Shown here: positions 1 to 9,380 of the stretch, one piece after another
Numbering within the stretch: the first letter of the stretch is position 1
Layout: the number at the start of each line of letters is the position of its first letter
DNA from: Fonticula alba ATCC 38817
Taxonomy: Eukaryota > Protista > Nucleariida
Length of the DNA stretch: 13,833 bases
Reading direction: 5' to 3' (one strand)
NCBI GenBank assembly: GCA_000388065.2
Contig: KB932215.1
The notes under the pieces: generated by a model
What the model was told of the DNA's origin: nothing
The model's input: only the letters and a program-made list of their open reading frames with translations
Database searches by the model: none
Program-made: the position numbers and the translations under genes

Positions 1-37
1 CTCTCCCAGTACGTGCGTGTTGTTCCCCCCCCCCCTC
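1..37 (+). repeat. Direct repeat copy 1: CTCTCCCAGTACGTGCGTGTTGTT + C11 + TC
   Basis: First 24 nt identical to 2207-2230, followed by a C-run in both copies; the 11-mer CTCTCCCAGTA recurs at 35-45. Confidence 0.9.
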
Positions 38-481
38 TCCCAGTATTTGCGCGCGCGTGTGCGTGCCCGTGTCTCCATGTGTATGTGTGCGTGCCCCCTC
101 GTGAGCGGCGTCTCCCAGGGATTGGTCTCGGATAGCGGCGTGACCGATGCCTGCGCTCTCCTCCTGGAGAGGGCACATCGAGCACCACCTGTGCAAGCGG
201 AGACGCACCCGCGCCACGCCCCGCGAGAGAGTGGCGGCAGTGTAACAACGCGCCCCCCCCCCCCCCCCACTCGCGTAGTGTGCGTGCGTGCGTGTGTGTG
301 TCCGTGCGCGCGTGTATTCTCTATGCGCGGTAATTGTGCACACGCTATCTGCATGAAAACTGCCAGTGTGTCGGGAGCATTTGCCCCCCCCCCCCTCCCC
401 CCCCGTGCGCGCCCTTTTTTTTTAAGGCGTGCGCATACGTGAATACGTGGGGGGCTGCGGCGGCGGCTCACACGTCGGCAG

Positions 482-806
482 GCCTGAAGAGACCATCCTG
501 GAGCCCGACGAGGGCGGTGGCCAGCAGCAGTGTGTCAGGGCATGCCTCGGCGCAGCAGCGCCGCTCGCGCTCGCGTACGCGCCGCGGATGATGCCCCCCC
601 CCACCCCCCCTGCACACAGCACTGCACCACACGCGGCCGCTGGAGGAGGAGAAGCAGGTCCCAAGTGGCGTGTGGGAGATTACGAGGCGCCATGGAAGAA
701 GCCCACCATATCTGCCGTGGCGCACTCCTCGTCCCCATCTCCCGCCTTTTACCCCACACACTTCTCCAGAGGAGCGCGTCCCAACCGCCACAACGCGTGG
801 GTGTGG
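482..806 (+). CDS. Possible coding exon(s) of an unknown plus-strand gene
   Basis: CTCAC...CAG acceptor at 479-481, open frame with G/C-ending codons (PEETILEPDEGGGQQQ...PKWRVGDYEAPWKKPTIS), donors GTACGC at 575 and GTGCGT at 807. No homology recognised and no full gene model could be built. Confidence 0.25.
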
Positions 807-839
807 GTGCGTCCCCCCCCCCCCCCCCCCCCCCCCCCC

Positions 840-1024
840 NNNNNNNNNNNNNNNNNNNNNNNNNNNNNNNNNNNNNNNNNNNNNNNNNNNNNNNNNNNNN
901 NNNNNNNNNNNNNNNNNNNNNNNNNNNNNNNNNNNNNNNNNNNNNNNNNNNNNNNNNNNNNNNNNNNNNNNNNNNNNNNNNNNNNNNNNNNNNNNNNNNN
1001 NNNNNNNNNNNNNNNNNNNNNNNN
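840..1024. other. Assembly gap (185 N)
   Basis: N run flanked by C27 and C10. Confidence 1.
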
Positions 1025-2206
1025 CCCCCCCCCCGCGCCCCATCCTTGCTCGTGCCGCCCCGCGTTCTCCTCCTCTCCCCTCGCCACGCGCAAAGTGTAA
1101 TGGGGGAAGGAGCCGTGCGCCCTGCTTCTGTGCGGGAAGCGCCCCGTCCCCTTGCACCGGCGAGAGGGAAAGCGTGTGGGGCCTTTCAGGAGAGGGCGGA
1201 CATTCCGGATTCTCACTCTCCGGCGGAAAAAAGCAGGCACTCTCAGGGCGCAGAGACTGTTTTGCACATGCGGGGAGCGCATGGTGTTCCCGCATGTGGG
1301 GGCACTCTCTCGACCTCCCCCCCCCCCTCCCCCCCCCCATCTCTTCTCGTGCGCCTGTGTGCGCGCGTCGCCAGAAGAAAAGGAAAGACACAGGGCCCTC
1401 AAAACCGTAAAGCATTACCTTCCGTCTGGGGTGTGTACATGCAAACCTGCGGCGCCGGAACTCTTCTCCATTTCTACTTGCTCGCGCGCGCGCACACGGG
1501 GGCCCGCTTGTGGGGGCTGACCGCAGCCCTCCCGCCCCCCTCTCCCTCACGCTTTGTGTGGTTAAAGGGGAGGCGTGGGCGTGTGGCGGCGGCGCGAGGC
1601 GGGCGTGTGAGGGGGGCCCCCAGGGTCCGGCCTCCCTAAAGGAGGCAGAGCCCCCCCCCCACACCCCTCCCTTGCGCGCCACTACTGCTGCTCGGCCCGC
1701 GAGCCCCCCGCGGCTCTGCAGGGGGATGGGCCATGATAAGAGGTCTTTCTCTTGTTCGGGACAGGGTTTTTTTTTTTCCGGGCAGAGACTTGTGTGCGGC
1801 ACGCGCGCGCGCTCCCCCGGGCCAGTTCTCAGAGCCTTCTCTCTAGAAACCTCCCAAATGCACCATCGGCCGCGCCCCCCCCCCCCGGGGAGTGGGGAGA
1901 GCGCTGCTTAAAAAGGCGAAAGTCCCCCCGTTGAGCTGGCTTCCTCCCGTCGGGCGGCTCCCCGGTGGTGAGACAAGGGACGGCCAAAAGAGAAGCATAC
2001 AAGCACGCGCTGTGTTTTTAGAGAAAGTAAGAGGCGCTGTACGTGACACATCGTCATACTATTATTATATATGCACGGCGGCGGTGCACAGATACAGACG
2101 ACCACGGGGGGGGGGTATGGCCATGCGCGATCAGCGCGCCGCCCCACCGTGTGGTGGATATGCGGGGTCGGCAAAGACGGCCCGGTCCCATGCAAGAGCA
2201 GGTACG

Positions 2207-2245
2207 CTCTCCCAGTACGTGCGTGTTGTTCCCCCCCCCCCCCTC
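2207..2245 (+). repeat. Direct repeat copy 2: CTCTCCCAGTACGTGCGTGTTGTT + C13 + TC
   Basis: Matches 1-37; immediately preceded by the donor-like CAG|GTACG at 2199-2206. Confidence 0.9.
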
Positions 2246-3694
2246 CACCCCCCGCGAGAGGGACCACCCTTTGAGCCCGGGTTCCCTCGCCCCCCCCCCC
2301 CCCCCCCAAGTGGTGTGCGTTTTTGATGTGGCGTGTGTGTGTGCGTGTGTGTGCGTGTGTGTGAGTCTGACCTGCTATCTCATCTCTTGCTACGCGGTGC
2401 GAGCGTGTGCCGCGCCCCGGGGGCGCACACGCGCGCGCGCTCTCACCGCGTGAGTGGGCGGGCATGAAGGCGATGCCTCGCCAACCAAGGGGCGGGGACC
2501 CCGCCCGGGTGGGGGGGATGGACCTCTCCCTCGGCCGGTCGCGCCTCGCTCTCTCTGCCTATTTTTTAATTCGGCGGATGCCCGGGGAAGAAATACACCC
2601 TCTCCCTCTCTCCCTTTCACATGGCTTTGGGGCTGTGTCTCTTTTTATTCATGCGCGATTCGCCACGGGCAGTGTTGCGGGAGCGCGCGGGGGGGGGCAT
2701 GACGACCGCGCGCGGTGGGGGGTGCCCTTTTATGGTTTTTATTTTCGCGCACCGCCAAGAGGGCGAGCAACGCAGCGCCGCACACCCAGCGGGCGGGGGA
2801 GTGCTCGCCCCCATGGCTCAGTGAGTGGAGCGGCGCCTGGTCCGTGCGCGTGTGCGGCCCTGCCCTCCCCTCCGTGCCGCAGCACAGACAGCCAAGGGAT
2901 GTCCCGGTGGGGGAGGCGTGAGGGGGAGCCTGCATCCCTCCCCCCCCTCCCGCATCTGGGTGTGGCGCGTGCCGTGAAAGTCTGGCCGGGCGCGGTGTCC
3001 CCGGGCACACAAGAAAGACCCGACCAAGGGTGGGCGCGGGCGCGGAAGGGGGCGTGCGTGAGGGGCCGGAGGCGTGGTCAGCTTTCCAGGCTGTGGAGGC
3101 GCGCAGGATGGACACAGAGTATGCGAGAGTGGGGGGCCCCCCCTGTGCGACGTGGGCACTGGTGTGTGGGCTTTCCGCCGGGAGCGTGCCAGGGTTGATT
3201 CTGGCGCGAGGGGGGGCCATATTTGAATAAAGGGCAAGATCTTTTTTTTCTCGCCCCGAGAGAGTCTGTGATTTTTGATGGCCCCCTTGCCGAGGAGAGC
3301 CGCGCGGGAAAGGCCCCTCTTTCATGGGGAGACCGCGCAGGGCAATTGCAGCGGGGATGGGCAGGGGGCGGCGACCGGGGTCAGAGGGACGGGGGCCGTT
3401 GCGCGCGAAGAGACAATGCACCGGCCCGGGGTGGGGCGCTCTGCCGCAGCCACCCGCGCTCGGCGAGCGCAACAGTCTTTTTTTGCCGCGACACAGTGCA
3501 TCGGACAGCGGGAGCATGGGGGGCGCCCCGCGAGGGGGATGCCACATTGCGAATTTCCCCATGCCCGATACCGGCATCACCCGCGGGTGGCGGCGGGTCC
3601 AAGAGGAGGCAAGACGGGGCTTCCCCCGGGGCCAATCCTGTGTGCATGTGTGTGGTGTGTGTGTGTGTGTGTGCGCGGCGCGGGGGGGGGGACT

Positions 3695-3736
3695 GCTGGA
3701 TGCGCATGGGCCAGGGCTGGATGCGCATGGGCCGGG
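3695..3736 (+). repeat. Tandem duplication, 2 x 21 bp (GCTGGATGCGCATGGGCCRGG)
   Basis: 3695-3715 and 3716-3736 are identical at 20 of 21 positions; each contains the palindrome ATGCGCAT. Confidence 0.9.
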
Positions 3737-3902
3737 CACTTTCGCCCAACCGGCGGCGGGGCGGATGCCGGGCCCCGCGGAGACATAGCCCACAACTACA
3801 CGTGACCTGGTCGTCCCGCTTCCCGCGCCAGGCCATTGTGGACTATTTCCCGATGTGTGTCTGAGGACCGGCCGTGTCCGGTCGAGTGTGTGTACGTGCG
3901 GG

Positions 3903-3904
<2 letters not shown>

Positions 3905-3978
<74 letters not shown>
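3905..3978 (+). repeat. Poly-G homopolymer (74 nt)
   Basis: Directly visible uninterrupted G run; further G-runs follow to about 4100. Confidence 0.9.
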
Positions 3979-4750
3979 CTCGCGCGGGCCGGTGGGGGGG
4001 GGGGGGGGGCGCCGCGGAGGGGGGCCGGGGGCCGGTGGGTGGGCTTGGTGTGCGGGCGCCCCCCAGCGGCCTGGCCGCGTGTACGGGGGGGGGGGGGAGG
4101 TGCCATGTGTACCATCGCCGAGGGGGGGCTTGGTGGCGGGTGGGCGTCCCGCCCTTGCTGTAGCGCGCCGCGCCATCCCGCGATCCATGTGTGCACGAGA
4201 GGAGCCAGAAACACTAACACACACAGCATGCGCGCTCGCGGCCAGCCCGTTGGAGCGCGCCTGTATACTGAAGGGCGTGTTTACCGCCGGGGCGGGGGCG
4301 CACGCGGGGGCGCGGCGTACATGTGTGCGTGTGTGTATATGTGCCTGCCCACTTGCCCGAAGTTGGCAAGGGTGCAGAGGAGGCGCGTCCCAGTGTCCAG
4401 AGAGGCAGGGGGGGGGGGGGAACATACACAGGCCGGGGGTTGCCGGAACAAATGCGTCCCTCCTGTGTCCCGGCGTGGGGATGGGGAGGGGCAGGCACCG
4501 GGGGGACGGCCGGGCGGCGACAAGACACACAAGGCCCCACAGAGAGCGCCGCACGCGGTGTACACACACCCGTGTGGGGAGCGGGGGGGGGGGGGGGCGA
4601 GACGCGGGGGACTCTTCAGCCGGCGGGGTGCCCGTCCCAGGGGCTGTGCGCGGCCCCTGGATTACCTCCTACTCCCCTCCAACACGACTCTCGAACACAT
4701 TCCCCCCTTGACCATTCTGTCACATTTGCTCTTTCAGCCCGAAGGTAAAG

Positions 4751-5111
4751 GTACGCGCGCCCATCCACACCCAATCCACACGCCTACCTCCGCGCTCCGC
4801 CTCCTTCATCCTTTCGCCTCGCGGCCGCCCCTCCCGAAACTGAGTGAGGCTCTTCCCAGCCCGCGGGGGGACCGGGCGGGGCTCTCCCGCGTCCAGGGCT
4901 CCCTGTGCCCAAAGGCCAGCCGGAGGCCCCCCCGGCGTGTGGACCGCCGGCCTCACACACGCGCGGGCCTCCGTGTCACGCTCGGCATGGGGACAGCGGG
5001 GAGGGAGGAGGAAGGAGCCACGGCGCCGGAAGCATGGCAGGTCTTCCCCCCCCCCCCCCCCCCGCCCGGCAGAGCCTGCGTGACGCGAAGCGCTAACACA
5101 CCCGTGCAAAG
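4751..5111 (+). other. Probable intron immediately upstream of the 5112 ATG
   Basis: AAG|GTACGC donor at 4751 (same type as the Vps51 donors), C-run 5046-5063, CTAAC branch motif 5093-5097, and the first downstream AG at 5110-5111 directly before ATG. Confidence 0.55.
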
Positions 5112-5256
5112 ATGTCCGGCTTCAGACCCCTTCAGACGATTCGGGACTTTTTCCTCCCCCGGCCGATGGCGCCGATGCGGACCGGCGATGACGAGGCGTC
5201 CGGCGCCTCGCCGCCGATCAGCCCCCGCGCCGAGGCGCTGCAATACCAGCAGCCAT

Positions 5257-5292
<36 letters not shown>

Positions 5293-5915
5293 CTTTCATG
5301 CAGCAGGTCCCCACCGGCCACGCGTACAATGGCCGGGGGCCCGGGGCCGGCGGCGCGCCGGACAGCGATCCGCACCTGCACGGCCTCCGGCCGAAGACCG
5401 TCGAGCACCGCCATGTGCGCGACGCCGTCGAGCCATATGACGGGTACCAGCCGCTGCGTGGCAGCGGCAACAGCAGCGGCAGTGGCCCCTCGAAGCCCAT
5501 CCCGGCCGCGGGCCCCCCGACGCTGCAGCAGCAGCAGCAGCAGCAGCAGATGAACGACGGCGGGCGCGCGGCCATGGCCGGGTCCCAGGCCGCCGCGGCG
5601 GCGGCGGCGGCGGCCGCCGCCCGGCAGCAGCAGAACTACCCCGGGCAGTTCCACGACACCATGGCCGACACGAAGACCATCAACGGGGTGGCCTTCACGG
5701 ACAAGGACCTGGCCGCCCTGCACCGGGCCATGAAGAAGGACCTGCCGCGGAACCAGCTCAACGACCGCGAGCGCCTGCCCTCGCCGCACGCATTCCAGCC
5801 GCCGCAAAGCACCTTCCTGCCCAAGGGCACGGACGTCATGCGCAGCAACAACCAGTTCCTGGGCCAGGCCACGCTGGCGCACCCGAAGCCCCCGCGCCTG
5901 CCGGAGTCGCCCTGA
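5112..5915 (+). CDS. Hypothetical 267-aa protein with Q11, Q8 and A11 tracts and a less biased C-terminal region
   Basis: Uninterrupted ATG-TGA ORF with very strong G/C-ending codon usage like the Vps51 exons, sharply bounded by microsatellite and homopolymer-rich noncoding sequence; in-frame (CAG)n tracts. No family recognised. Confidence 0.85.
5259..5291 (+). repeat. (CAG)11 coding trinucleotide repeat (polyQ); a second (CAG)8 lies at 5526-5549
   Basis: Counted directly, in frame with the 5112 ORF. Confidence 0.95.
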
Positions 5916-6050
5916 TGTGAGCCGGCGGGCGGCCGGGCGGGGAGGTGGCGGCCGGTGAAAGGAAGCGCCGCGCACCGGCCGCGCAGGGAACATCGGGGCG
6001 GGGGGCGCCTAGCGTGATTGGGCGGCATTTTCCCCGCGCCCGAAGCGCCT

Positions 6051-6068
6051 CGCGCGCGCGCGCGCGCG
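6051..6068. repeat. (CG)9 dinucleotide run
   Basis: Directly visible. Confidence 0.9.
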
Positions 6069-6210
6069 TCGCCACCTGTGCGTGTGTGCGTGCGCGCGTC
6101 CCCTCATGGCCGGGAGACAGAGAGAAAGAGAGGGGCTCTCTTGGCGGCGCACGGGCGGCGCGGCGGTGCGCCACACCTTCCCCCTGTCCCACACCCCGCT
6201 TGCAGCGTGT

Positions 6211-6211
6211 G

Positions 6212-6251
<40 letters not shown>

Positions 6252-6270
6252 TTCGTGCGTGCGTGCGTGC
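6211..6270 (+). repeat. (GTGC)15 tetranucleotide microsatellite with one GTTC variant
   Basis: Counted directly; variant unit at 6251-6254. Confidence 0.95.
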
Positions 6271-6520
6271 GTGTGCTTCCAATATACCACAGAAAGCGGG
6301 GAACCGAGCGGGGGGGCGGCATGTGTACAGGCCCGGGGGCCCAGGTTGGGAAAGGGCGGTGGGGCGTGGGCCTGCCACACGTCGAGGCCACCTGAGCGGA
6401 CAGGTGAGGGCGGGGTCCCCCCGAGCACAGGGCGGCGTGCATGGTGCTGTGCATGGGGCATGTTGCGCCGCCTGCCTTATGGCCGTGGGCGAGTGGAGGG
6501 GTGTGCCTAGCAGCGCGGCG

Positions 6521-6538
6521 AGAGAGAGAGAGAGAGAG
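6521..6538 (+). repeat. (AG)9 microsatellite
   Basis: Directly visible. Confidence 0.9.
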
Positions 6539-6737
6539 ACGGGGGGGGGGGCAGGGACCGGGAGGGAGATTCTATGTACATGTATTATGGGCCGGGGGGC
6601 AGCAAAGGGGCGTCTAGGTGCGGCGGAAGGGGAGGGTAGGGGAGGGGAGGGGGGGGGGGCGGCCGAGGCGCGAAAAAGAGGCGCACGGCGGCGGCGGGCG
6701 AGCGGGGTAGCGGCGCACAGTGGGAAGGCCGCGGCTC

Positions 6738-6982
6738 TCAGGCGGTGGCCTCGGCGGCCTCCTGGGCGGCGGCGGCGGCGGCGTGGACACGCGCGCGCGC
6801 GGCCTCCTGGGCCTTGTCCCGGAGCTCCTTCTCCGCGCGCAAGGCCTTGACCCGGGCGATGAGGGCCTGGTGCTCGGCGATCTCGCGCAGGCGGATCTGC
6901 TCATCATCGGCCGAGCCATCCAATGCCAGCGGCCCGACATCGGCCTCGCTCGAGCGGTTCATGTGGCTGAGGGCGCGCTCAT
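6738..6982 (-). CDS. Terminal exon of an unidentified gene; 80 aa, charged and Ala-rich, probable coiled coil
   Basis: Acceptor CCCCGTTGCAG (CAG 6985-6983), phase 1; GC3-biased frame ERALSHMNRSSEADVGPLALDGSADDEQIRLREIAEHQALIARVKALRAEKELRDKAQEAARARVHAAAAAAQEAAEATA ending in TGA 6740-6738; upstream exons would be in the 7000-7980 gap. Confidence 0.72.
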
Positions 6983-6999
6983 CTGCAACGGGGCCGGGG

Positions 7000-7980
7000 N
7001 NNNNNNNNNNNNNNNNNNNNNNNNNNNNNNNNNNNNNNNNNNNNNNNNNNNNNNNNNNNNNNNNNNNNNNNNNNNNNNNNNNNNNNNNNNNNNNNNNNNN
7101 NNNNNNNNNNNNNNNNNNNNNNNNNNNNNNNNNNNNNNNNNNNNNNNNNNNNNNNNNNNNNNNNNNNNNNNNNNNNNNNNNNNNNNNNNNNNNNNNNNNN
7201 NNNNNNNNNNNNNNNNNNNNNNNNNNNNNNNNNNNNNNNNNNNNNNNNNNNNNNNNNNNNNNNNNNNNNNNNNNNNNNNNNNNNNNNNNNNNNNNNNNNN
7301 NNNNNNNNNNNNNNNNNNNNNNNNNNNNNNNNNNNNNNNNNNNNNNNNNNNNNNNNNNNNNNNNNNNNNNNNNNNNNNNNNNNNNNNNNNNNNNNNNNNN
7401 NNNNNNNNNNNNNNNNNNNNNNNNNNNNNNNNNNNNNNNNNNNNNNNNNNNNNNNNNNNNNNNNNNNNNNNNNNNNNNNNNNNNNNNNNNNNNNNNNNNN
7501 NNNNNNNNNNNNNNNNNNNNNNNNNNNNNNNNNNNNNNNNNNNNNNNNNNNNNNNNNNNNNNNNNNNNNNNNNNNNNNNNNNNNNNNNNNNNNNNNNNNN
7601 NNNNNNNNNNNNNNNNNNNNNNNNNNNNNNNNNNNNNNNNNNNNNNNNNNNNNNNNNNNNNNNNNNNNNNNNNNNNNNNNNNNNNNNNNNNNNNNNNNNN
7701 NNNNNNNNNNNNNNNNNNNNNNNNNNNNNNNNNNNNNNNNNNNNNNNNNNNNNNNNNNNNNNNNNNNNNNNNNNNNNNNNNNNNNNNNNNNNNNNNNNNN
7801 NNNNNNNNNNNNNNNNNNNNNNNNNNNNNNNNNNNNNNNNNNNNNNNNNNNNNNNNNNNNNNNNNNNNNNNNNNNNNNNNNNNNNNNNNNNNNNNNNNNN
7901 NNNNNNNNNNNNNNNNNNNNNNNNNNNNNNNNNNNNNNNNNNNNNNNNNNNNNNNNNNNNNNNNNNNNNNNNNNNNNNNN
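7000..7980. other. Assembly gap (981 N)
   Basis: N run. Confidence 1.
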
Positions 7981-8447
7981 TGCCTCGGGGGCCTCACTGC
8001 CCGGGGTGGCTGGGCGCCCCCTGGAAAAGGCCCGGTCGATCAGGCGACTGGGGGCTGGCAGGGCATGGCGCCCCGGGAGGAGGCCGCCTGCGGCGAGCCA
8101 TCGGCTGCGTGCGCGCGCAGGCGGCCGGCGAAAAGGGGCCGCGACCGGAGCACGCACGGGCTCTGCCTGGCCCCCCCCCCCCCTGATGGGGTGGCCCAGG
8201 TGCCGGGTCCGTGCGTGTGTGTGTTCGCGGGCGCGCGCAGGCCGGCGACAGACAGTGCGTGGTCATCTGGCGGGGAGCCAACGCATCTGTCGTGATCGCC
8301 CGGCGCGCGGATGACCGCGCGGCGACCGTGCTGTGTCTCGTGATACCATGCAGCGAATGCCAACGGATGCCGGCGCTCCAATAGGCACGGGCAGAGAGGT
8401 GTATTGTTTGCCCATCTCGGCGGGTGGGCGTGTACAGACGCGCAGGG

Positions 8448-9252
8448 NNNNNNNNNNNNNNNNNNNNNNNNNNNNNNNNNNNNNNNNNNNNNNNNNNNNN
8501 NNNNNNNNNNNNNNNNNNNNNNNNNNNNNNNNNNNNNNNNNNNNNNNNNNNNNNNNNNNNNNNNNNNNNNNNNNNNNNNNNNNNNNNNNNNNNNNNNNNN
8601 NNNNNNNNNNNNNNNNNNNNNNNNNNNNNNNNNNNNNNNNNNNNNNNNNNNNNNNNNNNNNNNNNNNNNNNNNNNNNNNNNNNNNNNNNNNNNNNNNNNN
8701 NNNNNNNNNNNNNNNNNNNNNNNNNNNNNNNNNNNNNNNNNNNNNNNNNNNNNNNNNNNNNNNNNNNNNNNNNNNNNNNNNNNNNNNNNNNNNNNNNNNN
8801 NNNNNNNNNNNNNNNNNNNNNNNNNNNNNNNNNNNNNNNNNNNNNNNNNNNNNNNNNNNNNNNNNNNNNNNNNNNNNNNNNNNNNNNNNNNNNNNNNNNN
8901 NNNNNNNNNNNNNNNNNNNNNNNNNNNNNNNNNNNNNNNNNNNNNNNNNNNNNNNNNNNNNNNNNNNNNNNNNNNNNNNNNNNNNNNNNNNNNNNNNNNN
9001 NNNNNNNNNNNNNNNNNNNNNNNNNNNNNNNNNNNNNNNNNNNNNNNNNNNNNNNNNNNNNNNNNNNNNNNNNNNNNNNNNNNNNNNNNNNNNNNNNNNN
9101 NNNNNNNNNNNNNNNNNNNNNNNNNNNNNNNNNNNNNNNNNNNNNNNNNNNNNNNNNNNNNNNNNNNNNNNNNNNNNNNNNNNNNNNNNNNNNNNNNNNN
9201 NNNNNNNNNNNNNNNNNNNNNNNNNNNNNNNNNNNNNNNNNNNNNNNNNNNN
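8448..9252. other. Assembly gap (805 N)
   Basis: N run starting four bases beyond the Vps51 stop codon. Confidence 1.
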
Positions 9253-9256
9253 CGCT

Positions 9257-9380
9257 TCACACCATGGCCCGGACGGAGTCCTCGACCAGGCGCTCGATGA
9301 GGTGGTCGTCCAGCGGCCGGGGGGCCACCGGGCAGCGGGAGTGCGCGGTGGCCAGGTAGTCGGTGATGAGGTTGACGGCG
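9257..9380 (-). CDS. VPS51: Vps51 terminal exon (AVNLITDYLATAHSRCPVAPRPLDDHLIERLVEDSVRAMV*)
   Basis: Acceptor CCCGCAG ending 9381 with upstream ACTCAC branch-like motif; phase 2 matches the 9471 donor (91-nt intron); stop TGA at 9259-9257; resembles the recalled human C-terminus [32 protein letters not shown]. Confidence 0.9.

Noticed and set aside
468-3793. Many long Pro/Gly/Arg-rich ORFs (e.g. 468-1802, 2645-3793, 2407-3198)
   Set aside because: Translations of homopolymer and TG/CA repeats with no consistent codon bias or recognisable motif.
3874-5553. 559-aa plus-strand ORF overlapping the orphan gene in another frame
   Set aside because: Runs through poly-G and microsatellites; stop codons are simply rare at this GC content.
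4953-5993. 346-aa antisense ORF (also 10339-12090, 10575-12518, 12499-13044 and 13133-13726 opposite Vps51)
   Set aside because: Shadow ORFs expected opposite GC3-rich coding sequence; translations are antisense-like (poly-L, poly-C) with no independent signal.
6668-6675. E2F-like site GCGCGAAA (also TTTCGCGC at 2743-2750)
   Set aside because: Short CG-rich motif; the 6668 copy lies downstream of two stop codons, not in a promoter position.
6800-6900. Resemblance of LREIAEHQALIARVKALRAEKELRDKAQ to the PET100 or ATPase inhibitor IF1 C-terminal helices
   Set aside because: Charged coiled coils match each other easily; the diagnostic N-terminal parts are not visible, so no gene name is assigned.
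8127-8139. 13-mer GGCGAAAAGGGGC shared with 13739-13751
   Set aside because: About one 13-mer match is expected by chance in 11 kb of sequence, more with biased composition.
7981-8447. Coding exon in the small contig between gaps
   Set aside because: No frame shows convincing codon bias or homology; more likely UTR, intron or intergenic sequence.
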